A stretch of 64,000 nucleotides of DNA from an uncultured delta proteobacterium (GCA_963796055.1 CAWCKH010000004.1:352001-416000); one strand, 5' to 3'; counted from the stretch's first letter, positions 50,072 to 60,390 are shown. The notes: generated by a model from the letters alone, not told the origin. Made by a program: numbers and translations.

Positions 50072-51445
50072 TCAGCCCCTCAACCCGTGTCGCCTGATGA
50101 TGCGGTGCAGGTGGGCTCGGTCGACCTGGGCCGTCGCCGCCGCCTGCGAGACGTTTCCCCCGTGCCGGTCCAGGAGGGCACGGAGGTAACGCTGCTCGAA
50201 GCTGTCGAGCATCCGCCGGCGGGCCTCGGTGAAGGGGATGCTCACGTCGACCGCATCGGCGGGCACGGGCGAAGTCTCCTCGGGCGAGGGGTTCAGGACC
50301 TGCCGTAGGGCCGCGCATCGCTCCAGATGGTTCCGGAGCTCCCGGACGTTCCCCGGCCAGGGTGGAAGGCGAAGCCGGGCGAGGAACGCTGGGTCGAGCA
50401 GTGCTGGCCGGGTCTCGTCGTCGATGGACAGCTTCTGCAGCAATTGCCGAGCGATGAGCGGGATGTCCTCCGGCCGCTCGCGCAGCGCCGGGAGATGGAC
50501 ACGCAGCACGGCCAGCCGGAAGTACAGGTCGGCCCGGAACCTGCCCGCATTCACCTCGGCCCTGAGGTCGCGGTTGGTGGCGGCGATGAGCCGGACGTCC
50601 ACTGGCAAGTACCGGTTGGAGCCGACCCGCCGGATCTCTCGCGCCTCCAGGACGCGCAGCAGCTTGGGCTGCAGGTCCGCCGGGAGTTCGCCAATCTCGT
50701 CGAGGAAGACCGAGCCGCCGTCCGCCTCCTCGAAGACCCCAACACGTTTCCCGATGGCGCCGGTGAACGCCCCGCGCTCATGCCCGAACAGCTCGGAGTG
50801 GAGGAGGTTCGAGGGAACCGCCGCGCAATCGACGATCCGCAGCGGCCTGCGGGCCCTGGCACTCCGGGTGTGGATCAGCTCCGCGGCCTCGCTCTTCCCG
50901 GTGCCTGACTCACCGGTGAGAAGAACGGTCGCGCCGCTCGCCGCGGCCCTCTCCAGCAGCGCGAACGCCGCCCGGAGCGGAACCGACGAGCCGAGCAGGG
51001 TCCCGAAGCTGCTGGTCGATGCCACCTCCAGCACGTTGCGCTCGGCCAGAGGGGTGAAGGCCAGATCCAGGTGACCGACCTGGAGCACCATTCCATCGGC
51101 GAGCTCGGCCTCGCGCACCCGGATCCCGTTCACCCGCGTGCCGTTCCGGCTCCCGAGGTCCTTCACCCAGGCGCGCCCCTCGCGATCCACGAACACTTCA
51201 CAGTGGAAGCGAGAGACGGTGCGATCCTGGACCTCGATCTGGTTCGAAGGGTGCGAGCCGATCTGCACGCGGTCCGAGGAGCTGTCGAAGGACTTCCCGG
51301 CGAGTTCGCCATTGAGTCCCCGGAGGCGGAACCTCTGAACGGCCGGGGCCACCGTCCCGGTGGCCACCATCGACACCGTCTTGGGCGTCGACTCTTCCGA
51401 ATGGTCCGCGGTCGTCACCACGTCGCGAACGGTCCTTGCAGTCAC
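50072..51445 (-). CDS. FHA-domain sigma54-dependent enhancer-binding protein (Fis HTH)
   Basis: [18 protein letters not shown] (FHA), [30 protein letters not shown]. Confidence 0.93.
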   Translation of the reverse strand: MTARTVRDVVTTADHSEESTPKTVSMVATGTVAPAVQRFRLRGLNGELAGKSFDSSSDRVQIGSHPSNQIEVQDRTVSRFHCEVFVDREGRAWVKDLGSRNGTRVNGIRVREAELADGMVLQVGHLDLAFTPLAERNVLEVASTSSFGTLLGSSVPLRAAFALLERAAASGATVLLTGESGTGKSEAAELIHTRSARARRPLRIVDCAAVPSNLLHSELFGHERGAFTGAIGKRVGVFEEADGGSVFLDEIGELPADLQPKLLRVLEAREIRRVGSNRYLPVDVRLIAATNRDLRAEVNAGRFRADLYFRLAVLRVHLPALRERPEDIPLIARQLLQKLSIDDETRPALLDPAFLARLRLPPWPGNVRELRNHLERCAALRQVLNPSPEETSPVPADAVDVSIPFTEARRRMLDSFEQRYLRALLDRHGGNVSQAAATAQVDRAHLHRIIRRHGLRG

Positions 51446-51476
51446 TGCGTTTGCCGCCGCGGCATACCACAGCGAC

Positions 51477-52175
51477 TCAGAACAGCCAGCCCACCGAGAC
51501 CAGCCCCACCAGGGGGATGCCGTTCTTCAGATATCGGTCCGCGGTCTCCTTGACGCTCTGTGTGGTGCCGCTCGGGTCAGGCGTGGCCTCCGAGCTGTAC
51601 CCCAGGGGGAAGGCCCAGGCGACGTCCACTCCAAAGAAGAACCCGCTCGGCTGGATCCACCGCGCGCCGATCTGTGGGCCGACGAAGTTGCTGCTCGCCC
51701 GGACAGCGCCCGAGCCCTGGGCAACGGTGGCGGTGGCCTCGACGCCATAGTGCCCGTAGACCGCGCCGACGAAGAAGGTGTCACCCCACGGATAGATCCG
51801 CCCGGCCACGTTCCACATGCTGTAACTGACGTCGACACCCGAGATGCCGATCTTCGGGAAGAGGCCGTAGTCGAAGGAAGCGCCGAAGTACCGGAGGACC
51901 TTCACCTCCGCCCCCAGCGTCGGAGTCGGCACGGCGACCGAGAGCCGGGGCCCGATGAGCACGCCAGGGATGAACCCGGAGACCTTCGGGCCCGGGCCGC
52001 GGCTCCCCTCCTCCAGCCGCTCCGCGGTGCCCGTGATGCTCGGTGAAGCAGCGCTGGAGCCGGAGCGCGTTTCCTCGGCGCGAACGAGCGGAGACGCGAC
52101 GAGGAGGGCCGCGGCGATCACGCCCACCTTCTCCCTTGTGGACGTGAACATGGGGCACGGAAGCATGCGGCTCAT
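51477..52175 (-). CDS. Putative outer-membrane beta-barrel protein (start uncertain)
   Basis: Signal peptide ending VRA, amphipathic strands, C-terminal VSVGWLF. Confidence 0.65.
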   Translation of the reverse strand: MSRMLPCPMFTSTREKVGVIAAALLVASPLVRAEETRSGSSAASPSITGTAERLEEGSRGPGPKVSGFIPGVLIGPRLSVAVPTPTLGAEVKVLRYFGASFDYGLFPKIGISGVDVSYSMWNVAGRIYPWGDTFFVGAVYGHYGVEATATVAQGSGAVRASSNFVGPQIGARWIQPSGFFFGVDVAWAFPLGYSSEATPDPSGTTQSVKETADRYLKNGIPLVGLVSVGWLF

Positions 52176-52436
52176 CTGAGAAGTTCCTCCTGGGGGTTCG
52201 GGGAGGGACTTCTGCAGTGGCGAGGCCGGGCGGAATGCTCTCCAAGGCCGCGGAACCGCAGACCTGGGCCGCGTCCACCTGTGGCACGAACGTCACAGGG
52301 GTTGTGCGCGACGCACCGGGGGCGAGGTAGGCAGGGGGGCCACCTGCGACGCTGTGTTGCTGACGGCCGACTGAGGCGCGGGAGCGTGGAGATTCCTGGC
52401 GAGGACGCCCCGGTTTCGGGAGGGGGCTCCCGCGGC

Positions 52437-52730
52437 TCAGCCCTGGTCGTCCCACTCGAAGACGTACTCCCCCTCCGAAGTGTAGATGGCCAGCATGGCG
52501 AGGGGCTTGGCGGACGAGCCCTGGTCGACCTCGCCCGCGAAGACGATCCCGGCCTCCCACGGGTTCTGCGGCATGGAGTGCTCCTCGAGAAAAGCTCGGG
52601 CCTGATCCTCGACCCAGCGCCGGGCCTCGAGGAGCGCCGCGGCCGAATCGGCGTTGGCGGGGAACGTCGTCACGCGCGGGGGGACGGTCCGGAGCTGGGC
52701 GCCATAGGACTGGATGGGACTGGTGCGCAT
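52437..52730 (-). CDS. Small hypothetical protein (97 aa)
   Basis: AGGAG RBS upstream of ATG; natural composition. Confidence 0.6.
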   Translation of the reverse strand: MRTSPIQSYGAQLRTVPPRVTTFPANADSAAALLEARRWVEDQARAFLEEHSMPQNPWEAGIVFAGEVDQGSSAKPLAMLAIYTSEGEYVFEWDDQG

Positions 52731-52924
52731 CGCAGGTCTCCTTCTCCTGGAAGGGGTACCACGAACGCCGAGGTCGAATTTCGTTTCGCCCCGAGCCCAC
52801 CAGTGAGCTGTTGGATGACGACCAGGTCTCAGCCGTGACGGCGCATGAAGCCCCCGGCATGGGCGAGCGCCTCCCGGCCGGCGGCGTCGATCTCGGTCGG
52901 AACCATGGGCCTCCCCCGTCGCGG

Positions 52925-54982
52925 TCAGCGGGTCCGGATCTCCTCCACCAGACGCCCCGCCCCGTACACCTTTTCCAGCCCCTCGAGTATCGCCTGTCCG
53001 TGGAGGGCCACCGCCCGGTTCGTCGCCGCGTCGTACCCATAATCGCCACCCAGCGAGCCCCGGTTCCCGTCGAAGATCAGCGCCACCACCTCGCCGTTCC
53101 GGTTGATGAGCGGCGAGCCCGAGTTCCCGCCGATGATGTCGTTGGTCGTCGCGATGTCGAACGGCATCTCCGGATCGAGCTTCGGCCGGGCGGCGAGCCA
53201 GGTGGGCGTGACCGCGAACGGGAACTGCCCGGTGTTCCGGGCATAGAGCCCCGAGAGGCGCGTCATGGCGGGGATCTGCTTCCCGGACTCGGTCCAGCCC
53301 GAGAAGGTGCCGTAGGACAGGCGCAGGGTGAGCGTTGCGTCCGGGTAGCTCGAGGTCCCCCTGACCGCCACCGCCGCCTGGAAGAGCAGCTCACCATTGC
53401 GCGCGAGCGCTCCCTCCACGCGATTCTCGTGCTCCTTGCGGATGGCGCGGGCCTGAGGGTCCATCCGCCGCGCCAGCGCGATCATCGGATCCTTCGACGC
53501 GGCAACGGCCGCGGCCCCACCCCTCCAGAGCGCCTGGCGCACCTTCGGATCATCGAGCCGCGTGCCGTCGACCGCCTCCCGGGCGACGTCCTCCGGGCTT
53601 CGCTTCCCGATCGCCGCCTGCACCAGCGGGTCCTCGGGGCCGAAGGTGTCCCGGAGGCTCCGCAGCGCGAAGGTGACCAGCACCCGCTCCAGCGACCGGG
53701 GAACCGGCACCGGACGGAGCACCCGCGTCTCCAGCGAGGGCAGACGCGCGTCACCATACTCGCGCAGCCGCTCCGGCGAGGGCTTCGGCCGCTCCTCCGC
53801 AGCACGCACCAGCAGTCTCGCGTACTCGAACAGGTCCGACGGGATGCCGCTCTTCGACTCGGCCAGCTCGTACCGGACGAAGATCTCCCGCTCCGCCTGG
53901 ACCGCCTGCGCGATGCCCGACCAGGCTCCCCCGAAGCGCGCCTCCTTCGCCGGATCCTTCTTCACCGCGGCCCGGAGCTCGGCGTCCTCGGTCTGCTTGC
54001 GCTCGAAGTTGGCGGGATCGGCCAGCCAGGCGCGACGGCCGCCGAGCGCCTTCAGGCCGTTCTCCACGGTGCGGATGTGCGCCCGGCTGATGCGGAAGAG
54101 CTCGGGACTCCCCCCGGAGAACTGGAGGAGCGTCCCCCGGAGCTCGGCCAGCCGGACCAGGATCCAGGGGAGGACCACGTCGCGCTGCAGCGCCAGCTGC
54201 TCGATGGTCTGCACCCGCTCGGTGCCACCCGGATTGCCGGCGGCGAAGACCAGGTCGCCCTCGCGTGCCGGGCTCGCCGCCCAGGGGAGCGCGTCCGGGG
54301 TGCCGACCGGCGCATCGTTCTCGTAGACGCGCAGGAAGCCGACGTCGAAGCCGTAGCGCGGAAAGTCGAAGTTGTCCGCGTAGCCCCCGAACGCCGCCAT
54401 GGGAAACTCGGGCGCAAAGACCAGGCGCACGTCCTGAAACCGGCGGTAGGTGTAGAGCTGGTACTTGCCGCCGTGGAAGAGGTTCACCACGTCGCAGCGC
54501 CGGTGGGGGCCGGTGGCGCACGCTCCCTCGATGCGCGCACTCTCCTGCCGGAGCGCGGTCGCGAACGCGTCTCCTTCCTTCCCCGCCGTCGCGGCGCGGA
54601 TGCGGTCGGTCACGTCGGTGATCGACACCAGCTGGTTGGCCTCGATGCTGGCGCAGCGGCGCTCGTCCTTCTGGCCCGCGGCGAAGAAGCCCTTCGCCAG
54701 ATGGTCGTCCCTGGAGGTCGACAGGTCCTGGACGCACTCGCGAACGCAGTGGTGGTTGGTCATCACCAGCCCGTGTGTGGAGACGAAGCTGGCGGAACAG
54801 CCGCCCGCCAGGCGGACCGCCCCGAGCCGGACCTTGTCCAGCCACTGCTGGGAGGGACCAAATCCGTACTGGGACTGAACCCTGGCCGAGGGGAAATCGT
54901 TCACCAGCCACATGCCCTCGTCGCCAAGAGCGGGGGATGCACTCGCCAGGGCGAGCAGCAGGATGGGGACGGGTCGAGTCAC
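52925..54982 (-). CDS. S46 family dipeptidyl peptidase
   Basis: Signal peptide then DEGMW, GCSASFVS..TNHHC, DIIGGNSGSP, FDGN. Confidence 0.93.
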   Translation of the reverse strand: MTRPVPILLLALASASPALGDEGMWLVNDFPSARVQSQYGFGPSQQWLDKVRLGAVRLAGGCSASFVSTHGLVMTNHHCVRECVQDLSTSRDDHLAKGFFAAGQKDERRCASIEANQLVSITDVTDRIRAATAGKEGDAFATALRQESARIEGACATGPHRRCDVVNLFHGGKYQLYTYRRFQDVRLVFAPEFPMAAFGGYADNFDFPRYGFDVGFLRVYENDAPVGTPDALPWAASPAREGDLVFAAGNPGGTERVQTIEQLALQRDVVLPWILVRLAELRGTLLQFSGGSPELFRISRAHIRTVENGLKALGGRRAWLADPANFERKQTEDAELRAAVKKDPAKEARFGGAWSGIAQAVQAEREIFVRYELAESKSGIPSDLFEYARLLVRAAEERPKPSPERLREYGDARLPSLETRVLRPVPVPRSLERVLVTFALRSLRDTFGPEDPLVQAAIGKRSPEDVAREAVDGTRLDDPKVRQALWRGGAAAVAASKDPMIALARRMDPQARAIRKEHENRVEGALARNGELLFQAAVAVRGTSSYPDATLTLRLSYGTFSGWTESGKQIPAMTRLSGLYARNTGQFPFAVTPTWLAARPKLDPEMPFDIATTNDIIGGNSGSPLINRNGEVVALIFDGNRGSLGGDYGYDAATNRAVALHGQAILEGLEKVYGAGRLVEEIRTR

Positions 54983-55074
54983 GACCCGGCGCTCTACCCC
55001 GGTCCGTCCGCCATCACAGCAGAGAAGTGGCAAACGGCGGCGAGGACGCCGGGGCGCCCTGTACAGTGCGGCCC

Positions 55075-56658
55075 ATGCGTCCTTCCGCTGCCCTGTGGCT
55101 CGCCCTGACGCTCACCCCCCTCGCCTCCTTCGGCGCCCCGGCGACCCCTCGGGACGTCGCGACACTCTTCTCGCAGTGGCGCGAGTTCCAGCGGCCGCTC
55201 CGCGTGGGCGGGGTCCCGGACTACTCGGCGAAGACGATGGCCGCCCAGGCCCGCGCGCTCAGGAGCTGGCGCTCCCGCGTCGATGCGCTCGACCTCTCCG
55301 GCGCACCGCTCCCTCTGCGGAACGACGTGCGGCTCATCCGGGCCGAGATGAACGGGCTCGATTTCGATCACCGCGTCCTCAGCCCGTGGACCCGGGACCC
55401 GGCGTTCTACGTCACCATCTTCGACGAGCAGTCGGACCAGCCGGCCCGGGAAGCCGAGTGGGCCGACGCGGCCGTGGAGCTGTGGGCACTCCAGTTCCCA
55501 CTCTCGGCCGACGCCGAGCGCGAGCTGCTCGCCGGCCTCGGCGCCGTCCCGCCCCTGCTCGCCCAGGCAAGGAAGAACCTCACTGGCAAGGGCAAGGACC
55601 TCTGGGGGATGGCCAGCGGCCCCATCCGCGCGCAGGCGGAGGCGCTCTCCGCGCTCGCACCCAAGGTGGCCTCGAACGCCGCGCTCTCCGCCGCAGTGAA
55701 ATCGGCGCTCGAAGCCACCGAGGGTTACCGCCACTGGGTCGAGCAGCAGGCTGCGACCAAGACCGGACCCTCCGGCGTGGGTGTCGCCAACTACGACTGG
55801 TACCTCGCCAACGCCGCGCTCGTCCCCTACAGCCACGCCCAGCTGGTGACGCTCATGGAGCGCGAGCTCGCCCGTGCCCGCGCCACGCTCGCCGCCGAGG
55901 AGCTGAAGAACCGCGCCCTTCCCCCGCTGCTGCCGGCGACCACCGTCCAGGAGCACCAGCGCCGCTTCGATGACGCGTTCAAGACCTGGGTCCGCTTCCT
56001 CCGGGAGAACGACTTCATCACCTGGGAAGACTGGATGGAGCCGGCGCTCGCAACGCTTCCCGGAGGCTTCGACCCCAGGCCGCCACTGGAATTCTTTGCC
56101 GAGGTGGAGGCCCGAGATCCGCTCCTCCTTCGACTGCACATGTGGCACTTCCTGGACCTCGGGATGCTGGCCCACCACCCGCCGGCCGACCCGGTCCGCG
56201 CGCGCCCGGCGCTCTACAACATCTTCGCCACCCGCACCGAGGGTTTCGCCACCGCGATCGAGGAGCTGATGATGCACGCGGGTCTGTTCGAGGGTCGGCC
56301 CCGCTCGCGCGAGCTGGTGTACGTGATGCTCGGGCAGCGGGCGGCGCGCGCGCTCGGGGACCTCCGGATGCACGCCAACACCTGGACCCTCGAGCAGGCC
56401 AGCGAGTTCGCCTCGCGCGAGACCCCGCGGGGCTGGCTCCGCCTCGACGGGCGCACCGTCCGCGGCGAGCAGCACCTCTTTCTGCGCCGGCCGAGCTACG
56501 GGACGAGCTACATCGTCGGGAAGCAGATGACGGACGAGCTCATCGCCTCGATGTCGAAGAATGGGCCGCTACCGATGAAGGCGCTGCTCGACGGCCTCGA
56601 TCGCACGGGGCTCATGCCCATGTCCCTGGTCGCCCAGGAGCTCGCTCCGCAGCGGTGA
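55075..56658 (+). CDS. DUF885-family secreted protein
   Basis: Signal peptide, PWTRDPAFY, EGFATAIEE, RAARALGDLRMH, YGTSYIVGK. Confidence 0.75.
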   Translation: MRPSAALWLALTLTPLASFGAPATPRDVATLFSQWREFQRPLRVGGVPDYSAKTMAAQARALRSWRSRVDALDLSGAPLPLRNDVRLIRAEMNGLDFDHRVLSPWTRDPAFYVTIFDEQSDQPAREAEWADAAVELWALQFPLSADAERELLAGLGAVPPLLAQARKNLTGKGKDLWGMASGPIRAQAEALSALAPKVASNAALSAAVKSALEATEGYRHWVEQQAATKTGPSGVGVANYDWYLANAALVPYSHAQLVTLMERELARARATLAAEELKNRALPPLLPATTVQEHQRRFDDAFKTWVRFLRENDFITWEDWMEPALATLPGGFDPRPPLEFFAEVEARDPLLLRLHMWHFLDLGMLAHHPPADPVRARPALYNIFATRTEGFATAIEELMMHAGLFEGRPRSRELVYVMLGQRAARALGDLRMHANTWTLEQASEFASRETPRGWLRLDGRTVRGEQHLFLRRPSYGTSYIVGKQMTDELIASMSKNGPLPMKALLDGLDRTGLMPMSLVAQELAPQR

Positions 56659-56687
56659 CGCCATGAAACCTCCCGGGGCAGTGCGGA

Positions 56688-56707
56688 TCCCCGCGGATCC
56701 GCGGGGA
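56688..56707. terminator. Perfect 20-bp palindrome between convergent genes; possible terminator or protein-binding site
   Basis: tccccgcggatccgcgggga; no U-tract on either side. Confidence 0.4.
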
Positions 56708-56725
56708 GGCCCCCCCGGTGCTTGC

Positions 56726-56941
56726 TCAGTCCTTGCCTCCGTACTTGAAGGACACCTTCACCTTGACCCGGTACGCGCGGACCTTGCCCCCCTCGATCTG
56801 CATGTCCAGCTGCGATACCTCCGCAATGCGCAGATCGCGCAGGCTCTTGGAGGCCTTGCCGATCGCGGCAGTTGCCGCCTTCTCCCATGATTCCGTGCTG
56901 GTACCGATCAGCTCGATCACCTTGTAGACACTCTCGGCCAT
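56726..56941 (-). CDS. Dodecin-family flavin-binding protein
   Basis: MAESVYKVIELIGTSTESWEKAA...YRVKVKVSFKY; AGGAGG RBS. Confidence 0.9.
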   Translation of the reverse strand: MAESVYKVIELIGTSTESWEKAATAAIGKASKSLRDLRIAEVSQLDMQIEGGKVRAYRVKVKVSFKYGGKD

Positions 56942-57107
56942 GAGGTCCTCCTGATCCCTGGTTCGGACCCGGCACAAGACAGCGGGGAGCCGGGAAACGT
57001 CAAGGGCGAGGGCGCGCGGGCATCGAGTCGCTCGCCTCCTCCCGCTCTTGCCTCTCTGCGCGTGGCAGCCTTGACTGCGAATCGACCGATCCGGTGGAGG
57101 AGCGTCG

Positions 57108-57761
57108 ATGGACCCGATCGTCTTCGTGCAGGAGCTCGAAGCCTTCAAGGCCGAGCGGCTCACGCCCATCGTCGGGGCGGGCCGGACATCGCTGGCGGAA
57201 GGGGCGCCCGGCGACGCGAAGAAGATGCTGCAGGTTGCGCTGGCCAACGAGATCAGCGTCAGCGAGCTGGCCGCGGCGTGGATGCCGACCACGTCGGAGA
57301 TCGACGTGAAGCTCGCGTTCGCTCGGCAGGCTGGAGACGAGGCCGGGCACTTTCAGCTCGTCGCCGAGCGGCTCACGGCTCTCGGGTTCGACGTCACCGG
57401 ATTCCGGACGCCGGGCGAGAGCCCGCTCTTTCAGTACCTGAAGGGCCTCTCCACCACGGTGGAGCGAATCGCCGCGGGGCTGTTCACGCTGGAGTCCATC
57501 GCCCACGCGGTCAACGAGAACTTCATGACCTTCTGTGAGCGACGCGGCGACGCAGAGACGGTCCGGATCTATCGCGAGTACATCCAGCCCGACGAGCGCG
57601 CCCACCAGCAGCTCGGCCAGCGGCTCCTCGCGAAGTACGCGACCACACCGGAGCTTCAACAGGCTGCCTGGAGCGCGGTGGGCAGGGTTCTCGAGATCGC
57701 CGCGGACGCTCGCAACCAGGCGGCTCAGCGGATGGGCACCGCCAGCTTCCCGGGGTGCTGA
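57108..57761 (+). CDS. Ferritin-like di-iron protein
   Basis: E...DEAGH and E...DERAH carboxylate/His pairs; GGAGG RBS. Confidence 0.8.
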   Translation: MDPIVFVQELEAFKAERLTPIVGAGRTSLAEGAPGDAKKMLQVALANEISVSELAAAWMPTTSEIDVKLAFARQAGDEAGHFQLVAERLTALGFDVTGFRTPGESPLFQYLKGLSTTVERIAAGLFTLESIAHAVNENFMTFCERRGDAETVRIYREYIQPDERAHQQLGQRLLAKYATTPELQQAAWSAVGRVLEIAADARNQAAQRMGTASFPGC

Positions 57762-57767
57762 GCGCGC

Positions 57768-58769
57768 CTACTCCTTCGAGGCTCCCGGCACGACGACCGC
57801 CACCCGGTTCACCCCGCTGCAGGCCAGATAGAGCTGGCCCTGCGGAGTGGCGACCATGTTCCGGACCACTCCGCCTCCCGAGGGGATGGGAGTGGACTTG
57901 AAGCGCTTCGTCGCCGGATTGAAACGCACCACGGTGTTGGGCTGCACTCCCGATTCGCTGTACCAGACCGACCCATCGGCGGTGCTGGCGATGCCGTAAG
58001 GCCTGGACTGCGGGCCACCCGGTGAGGGCCACTCCTCGACCTTGCTCGACCTGGGATTGAGGCGCCCCAGCATCCCCCGCGCGTAGTCGGAGTAGTAGAG
58101 CGTGCCGTCCGAGGCGAGGGCGATGCGGCGCGGCCGGGCGCCTTGCGGAAGGGTGAACTCACGAACGGCCATCGTGGCCGGATCGACGCGTCCGATCTTG
58201 TTGGCTCCGAACTCGCAGAAGTACGGAGCGCCGTCGGCGCCGATGACCATCCCGTAGGGGACGGCATCCGCGGTGGGCACGTCCACGAATCGGGTCGTCC
58301 CGCTCTTCGGATCGAGGCGACCGATGAGGTTGGACTGCTGCACCGTGAACCAGAGGATCCCTGCCGAATCGAACACCGGTGTGTGCGGGTCGCGAGGCCT
58401 CGGGTCGCTCCATCGGTACTCCCGGACCTTGCCCGTCCGGGGGTCGAGCTGACCGACGTAGCCCTTGTAGCTGGCCGTGAACCAGACCGTTCCCGCTCTG
58501 TCGACCACCAGCCCATGCGGGCCGGAATCCGGGGTGGTGAGCGGGTATTCGCGAAACTCGCCGCTCGCGACGTCCAGGCGTCCAAGCTTGTTGGCCTTCT
58601 GCTCGGTCGTCCACAGCGCCCCGTCGGGAGCAAAAGCCGGATCGTGTGGGAACGCGCTCGCGGTTGGAACAGGAAACTCGCGGATCTCGATCTGAGACGC
58701 CTTCGCAAAGGCCGCCGTGGCGACCGTGACGGCGCCAAGAAGGCCTGCCCATGCCATTGCCCGCTTCAT
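57768..58769 (-). CDS. Secreted Vgb-lyase-like beta-propeller protein
   Basis: Repeated PHG/PYG..DGxxWF..N.IGR.DP blades; signal peptide. Confidence 0.85.
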   Translation of the reverse strand: MKRAMAWAGLLGAVTVATAAFAKASQIEIREFPVPTASAFPHDPAFAPDGALWTTEQKANKLGRLDVASGEFREYPLTTPDSGPHGLVVDRAGTVWFTASYKGYVGQLDPRTGKVREYRWSDPRPRDPHTPVFDSAGILWFTVQQSNLIGRLDPKSGTTRFVDVPTADAVPYGMVIGADGAPYFCEFGANKIGRVDPATMAVREFTLPQGARPRRIALASDGTLYYSDYARGMLGRLNPRSSKVEEWPSPGGPQSRPYGIASTADGSVWYSESGVQPNTVVRFNPATKRFKSTPIPSGGGVVRNMVATPQGQLYLACSGVNRVAVVVPGASKE

Positions 58770-58877
58770 CCACGAAAGAATAGGCACCCGCTGACGCTCC
58801 GGCCACTGCGGCGGCAGGTGCCAGACGCTTCGTGACCCGGTTCCCGCCTCGTCATGCCGCCGTGCCAGCATGCGCGC

Positions 58878-60032
58878 ATGCCCTTCGACGAATCGCGGCG
58901 TCAGTTGCTCGTCGGCTCCGCGGCACTCACTGCCGCCCTCGTCGCCCCGCCCGTTGCAGCCGGCTCCCCGCCCGCGCGCGGTCTTCGCGCCGCTCTCGTC
59001 GTCGGTGGAATCCCGGACGACGGTGCCGAGCTCATCCGGTGCGCGGAGTGGATGAGGGCCCAGCACGCGGTCTCCGACATGTACGGCCAGGCCGAGTGGA
59101 TCCAGGCCTTCGAGACGAAGGTCGCCCGGCTGCTTGGGTTCGAGGCGGGATGCTTCTTCCCCACCGGGACCATGTCGCAGCTCATCGCGCTCCGGCTCCT
59201 CGCCGCACGCACGGGCGCACGAACCATCGGCCTGCACCCCTCGTCGCACCACCTCCTGCATGAGCACCAGAGCCTCGAGGTCCTTCACGGCCTGAACCCG
59301 ATGGTGATCTCACCGTGGGGTCGGCCGATGCTCGGCGAGGACATCCGACACATCCCCGAGCGGCTCGACGCGGTCTCCGTCGAGCTGCCCGTGCGGTGGC
59401 TCGGCGGCGCGCTTCCCACCTGGGAGCAACTCCAGGACCTCAAGGCGGCGTGCAGGGAGCGCCAGATCGCGCTCCACATGGACGGCGCTCGCCTCTGGGA
59501 ATGCCAGCCCTACTACGGCAAGACGCTGGCCGAGATCTCTCGCGGCTTCGAGAGCGTGTACGTCTCCATGTACAAGACCATCGGCGGGCTTGGCGGTGCG
59601 GTGATCGCCGGATCCACGGCGTTCATCACCGAGCTGCGCATGTGGCGGCGGCGGCACGGCGGGGACGTGGTCCACCTTCACCCCTACGTCGCGTCCGCCG
59701 CGATGCGCCTCGACAAGGCGCTCGCCCGGATCCCGACCTGGGTCGCTCGCGCCCAGCGTCTGGCGGCGACCCTCCGGAAGGACAGTCGGCTCGTCGTCGC
59801 TCCCGACCCGGTCACCACCAACATGTTCCGGGTCCATCTCCGCGGCTCGGCGGACGCGCTCACGGAGCGGCGCGACCGGGTCGCAAAGGAGCGAGGCATC
59901 TGGGTCACCTGGGGGTTCGCGCCCTCACGCGTCCCCGGCTTCGTCGAGTGCGAGTTCCAGCTCGTCGAGGCCTCCGATTCGCTGAGTGACAAAGAGGCCG
60001 CGTCGGCCGTGACCGCAGTGCTCTTGGCCTAG
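58878..60032 (+). CDS. Low-specificity threonine aldolase / beta-eliminating lyase family protein with Tat-like signal
   Basis: SRRQLL twin-arginine N-terminus; FFPTGTMSQ, HMDGARLWE, VSMYKTIGG (PLP Lys). Confidence 0.85.
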   Translation: MPFDESRRQLLVGSAALTAALVAPPVAAGSPPARGLRAALVVGGIPDDGAELIRCAEWMRAQHAVSDMYGQAEWIQAFETKVARLLGFEAGCFFPTGTMSQLIALRLLAARTGARTIGLHPSSHHLLHEHQSLEVLHGLNPMVISPWGRPMLGEDIRHIPERLDAVSVELPVRWLGGALPTWEQLQDLKAACRERQIALHMDGARLWECQPYYGKTLAEISRGFESVYVSMYKTIGGLGGAVIAGSTAFITELRMWRRRHGGDVVHLHPYVASAAMRLDKALARIPTWVARAQRLAATLRKDSRLVVAPDPVTTNMFRVHLRGSADALTERRDRVAKERGIWVTWGFAPSRVPGFVECEFQLVEASDSLSDKEAASAVTAVLLA

Positions 60033-60044
60033 GCTTCGCGACCC

Positions 60045-60380
60045 ATGTCCGTCCCCGGCCCGCTGTCCTTCCCGGCCCCGGCCGCGCGCCGCCAGGCGCT
60101 CAGCGCGGTGGCACTCGCCTGCGGGGCGGCCCTGGGCGTCGGGGGCGCCACCGCCTGGGGTCTTCCTGGGCCTGCTGCCAATCTGGCCGGCACTCTCCGG
60201 CCGGGGGCGCCCGTGGGGAGCGCTCGACCTGGCCGCCCTGGCCGTGACCGCTCCATCACGCTCCTCTTCGCCGTGGTCAGCGTTCCCTGGATGGACCAGC
60301 GCATGCGCTCGCACCACCCGGAGTGGGCGACGCGGATGCGGGCGACGTCGGCCCTCATCCCCTGGCCACGCCGGCGCTGA
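60045..60380 (+). pseudogene. Internally deleted DUF1295 (steroid 5-alpha-reductase-like) remnant
   Basis: C-terminus ITLLFAVVSVPWMDQRM..SALIPWP and an out-of-frame middle piece VFLGLLPIWPALSG..WGALDLAALAVTA (60160-60252) both resemble DUF1295. Confidence 0.6.
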
Positions 60381-60390
60381 GGTTCGTCCC

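Noticed and set aside
52282..52297. Sigma54 promoter (TGGCACG)
   Set aside because: The -12 element is TCAC rather than TTGC, and no plus-strand gene lies downstream
57756..57800. Selenocysteine read-through at GC-TGA of the ferritin-like gene
   Set aside because: Read-through would run antisense through the convergent gene ending 6 nt away, and no clear SECIS hairpin is present
57768..58769. True streptogramin B resistance gene (vgb)
   Set aside because: Signal peptide and generic propeller repeats indicate the broad Vgb-like family; function cannot be assigned
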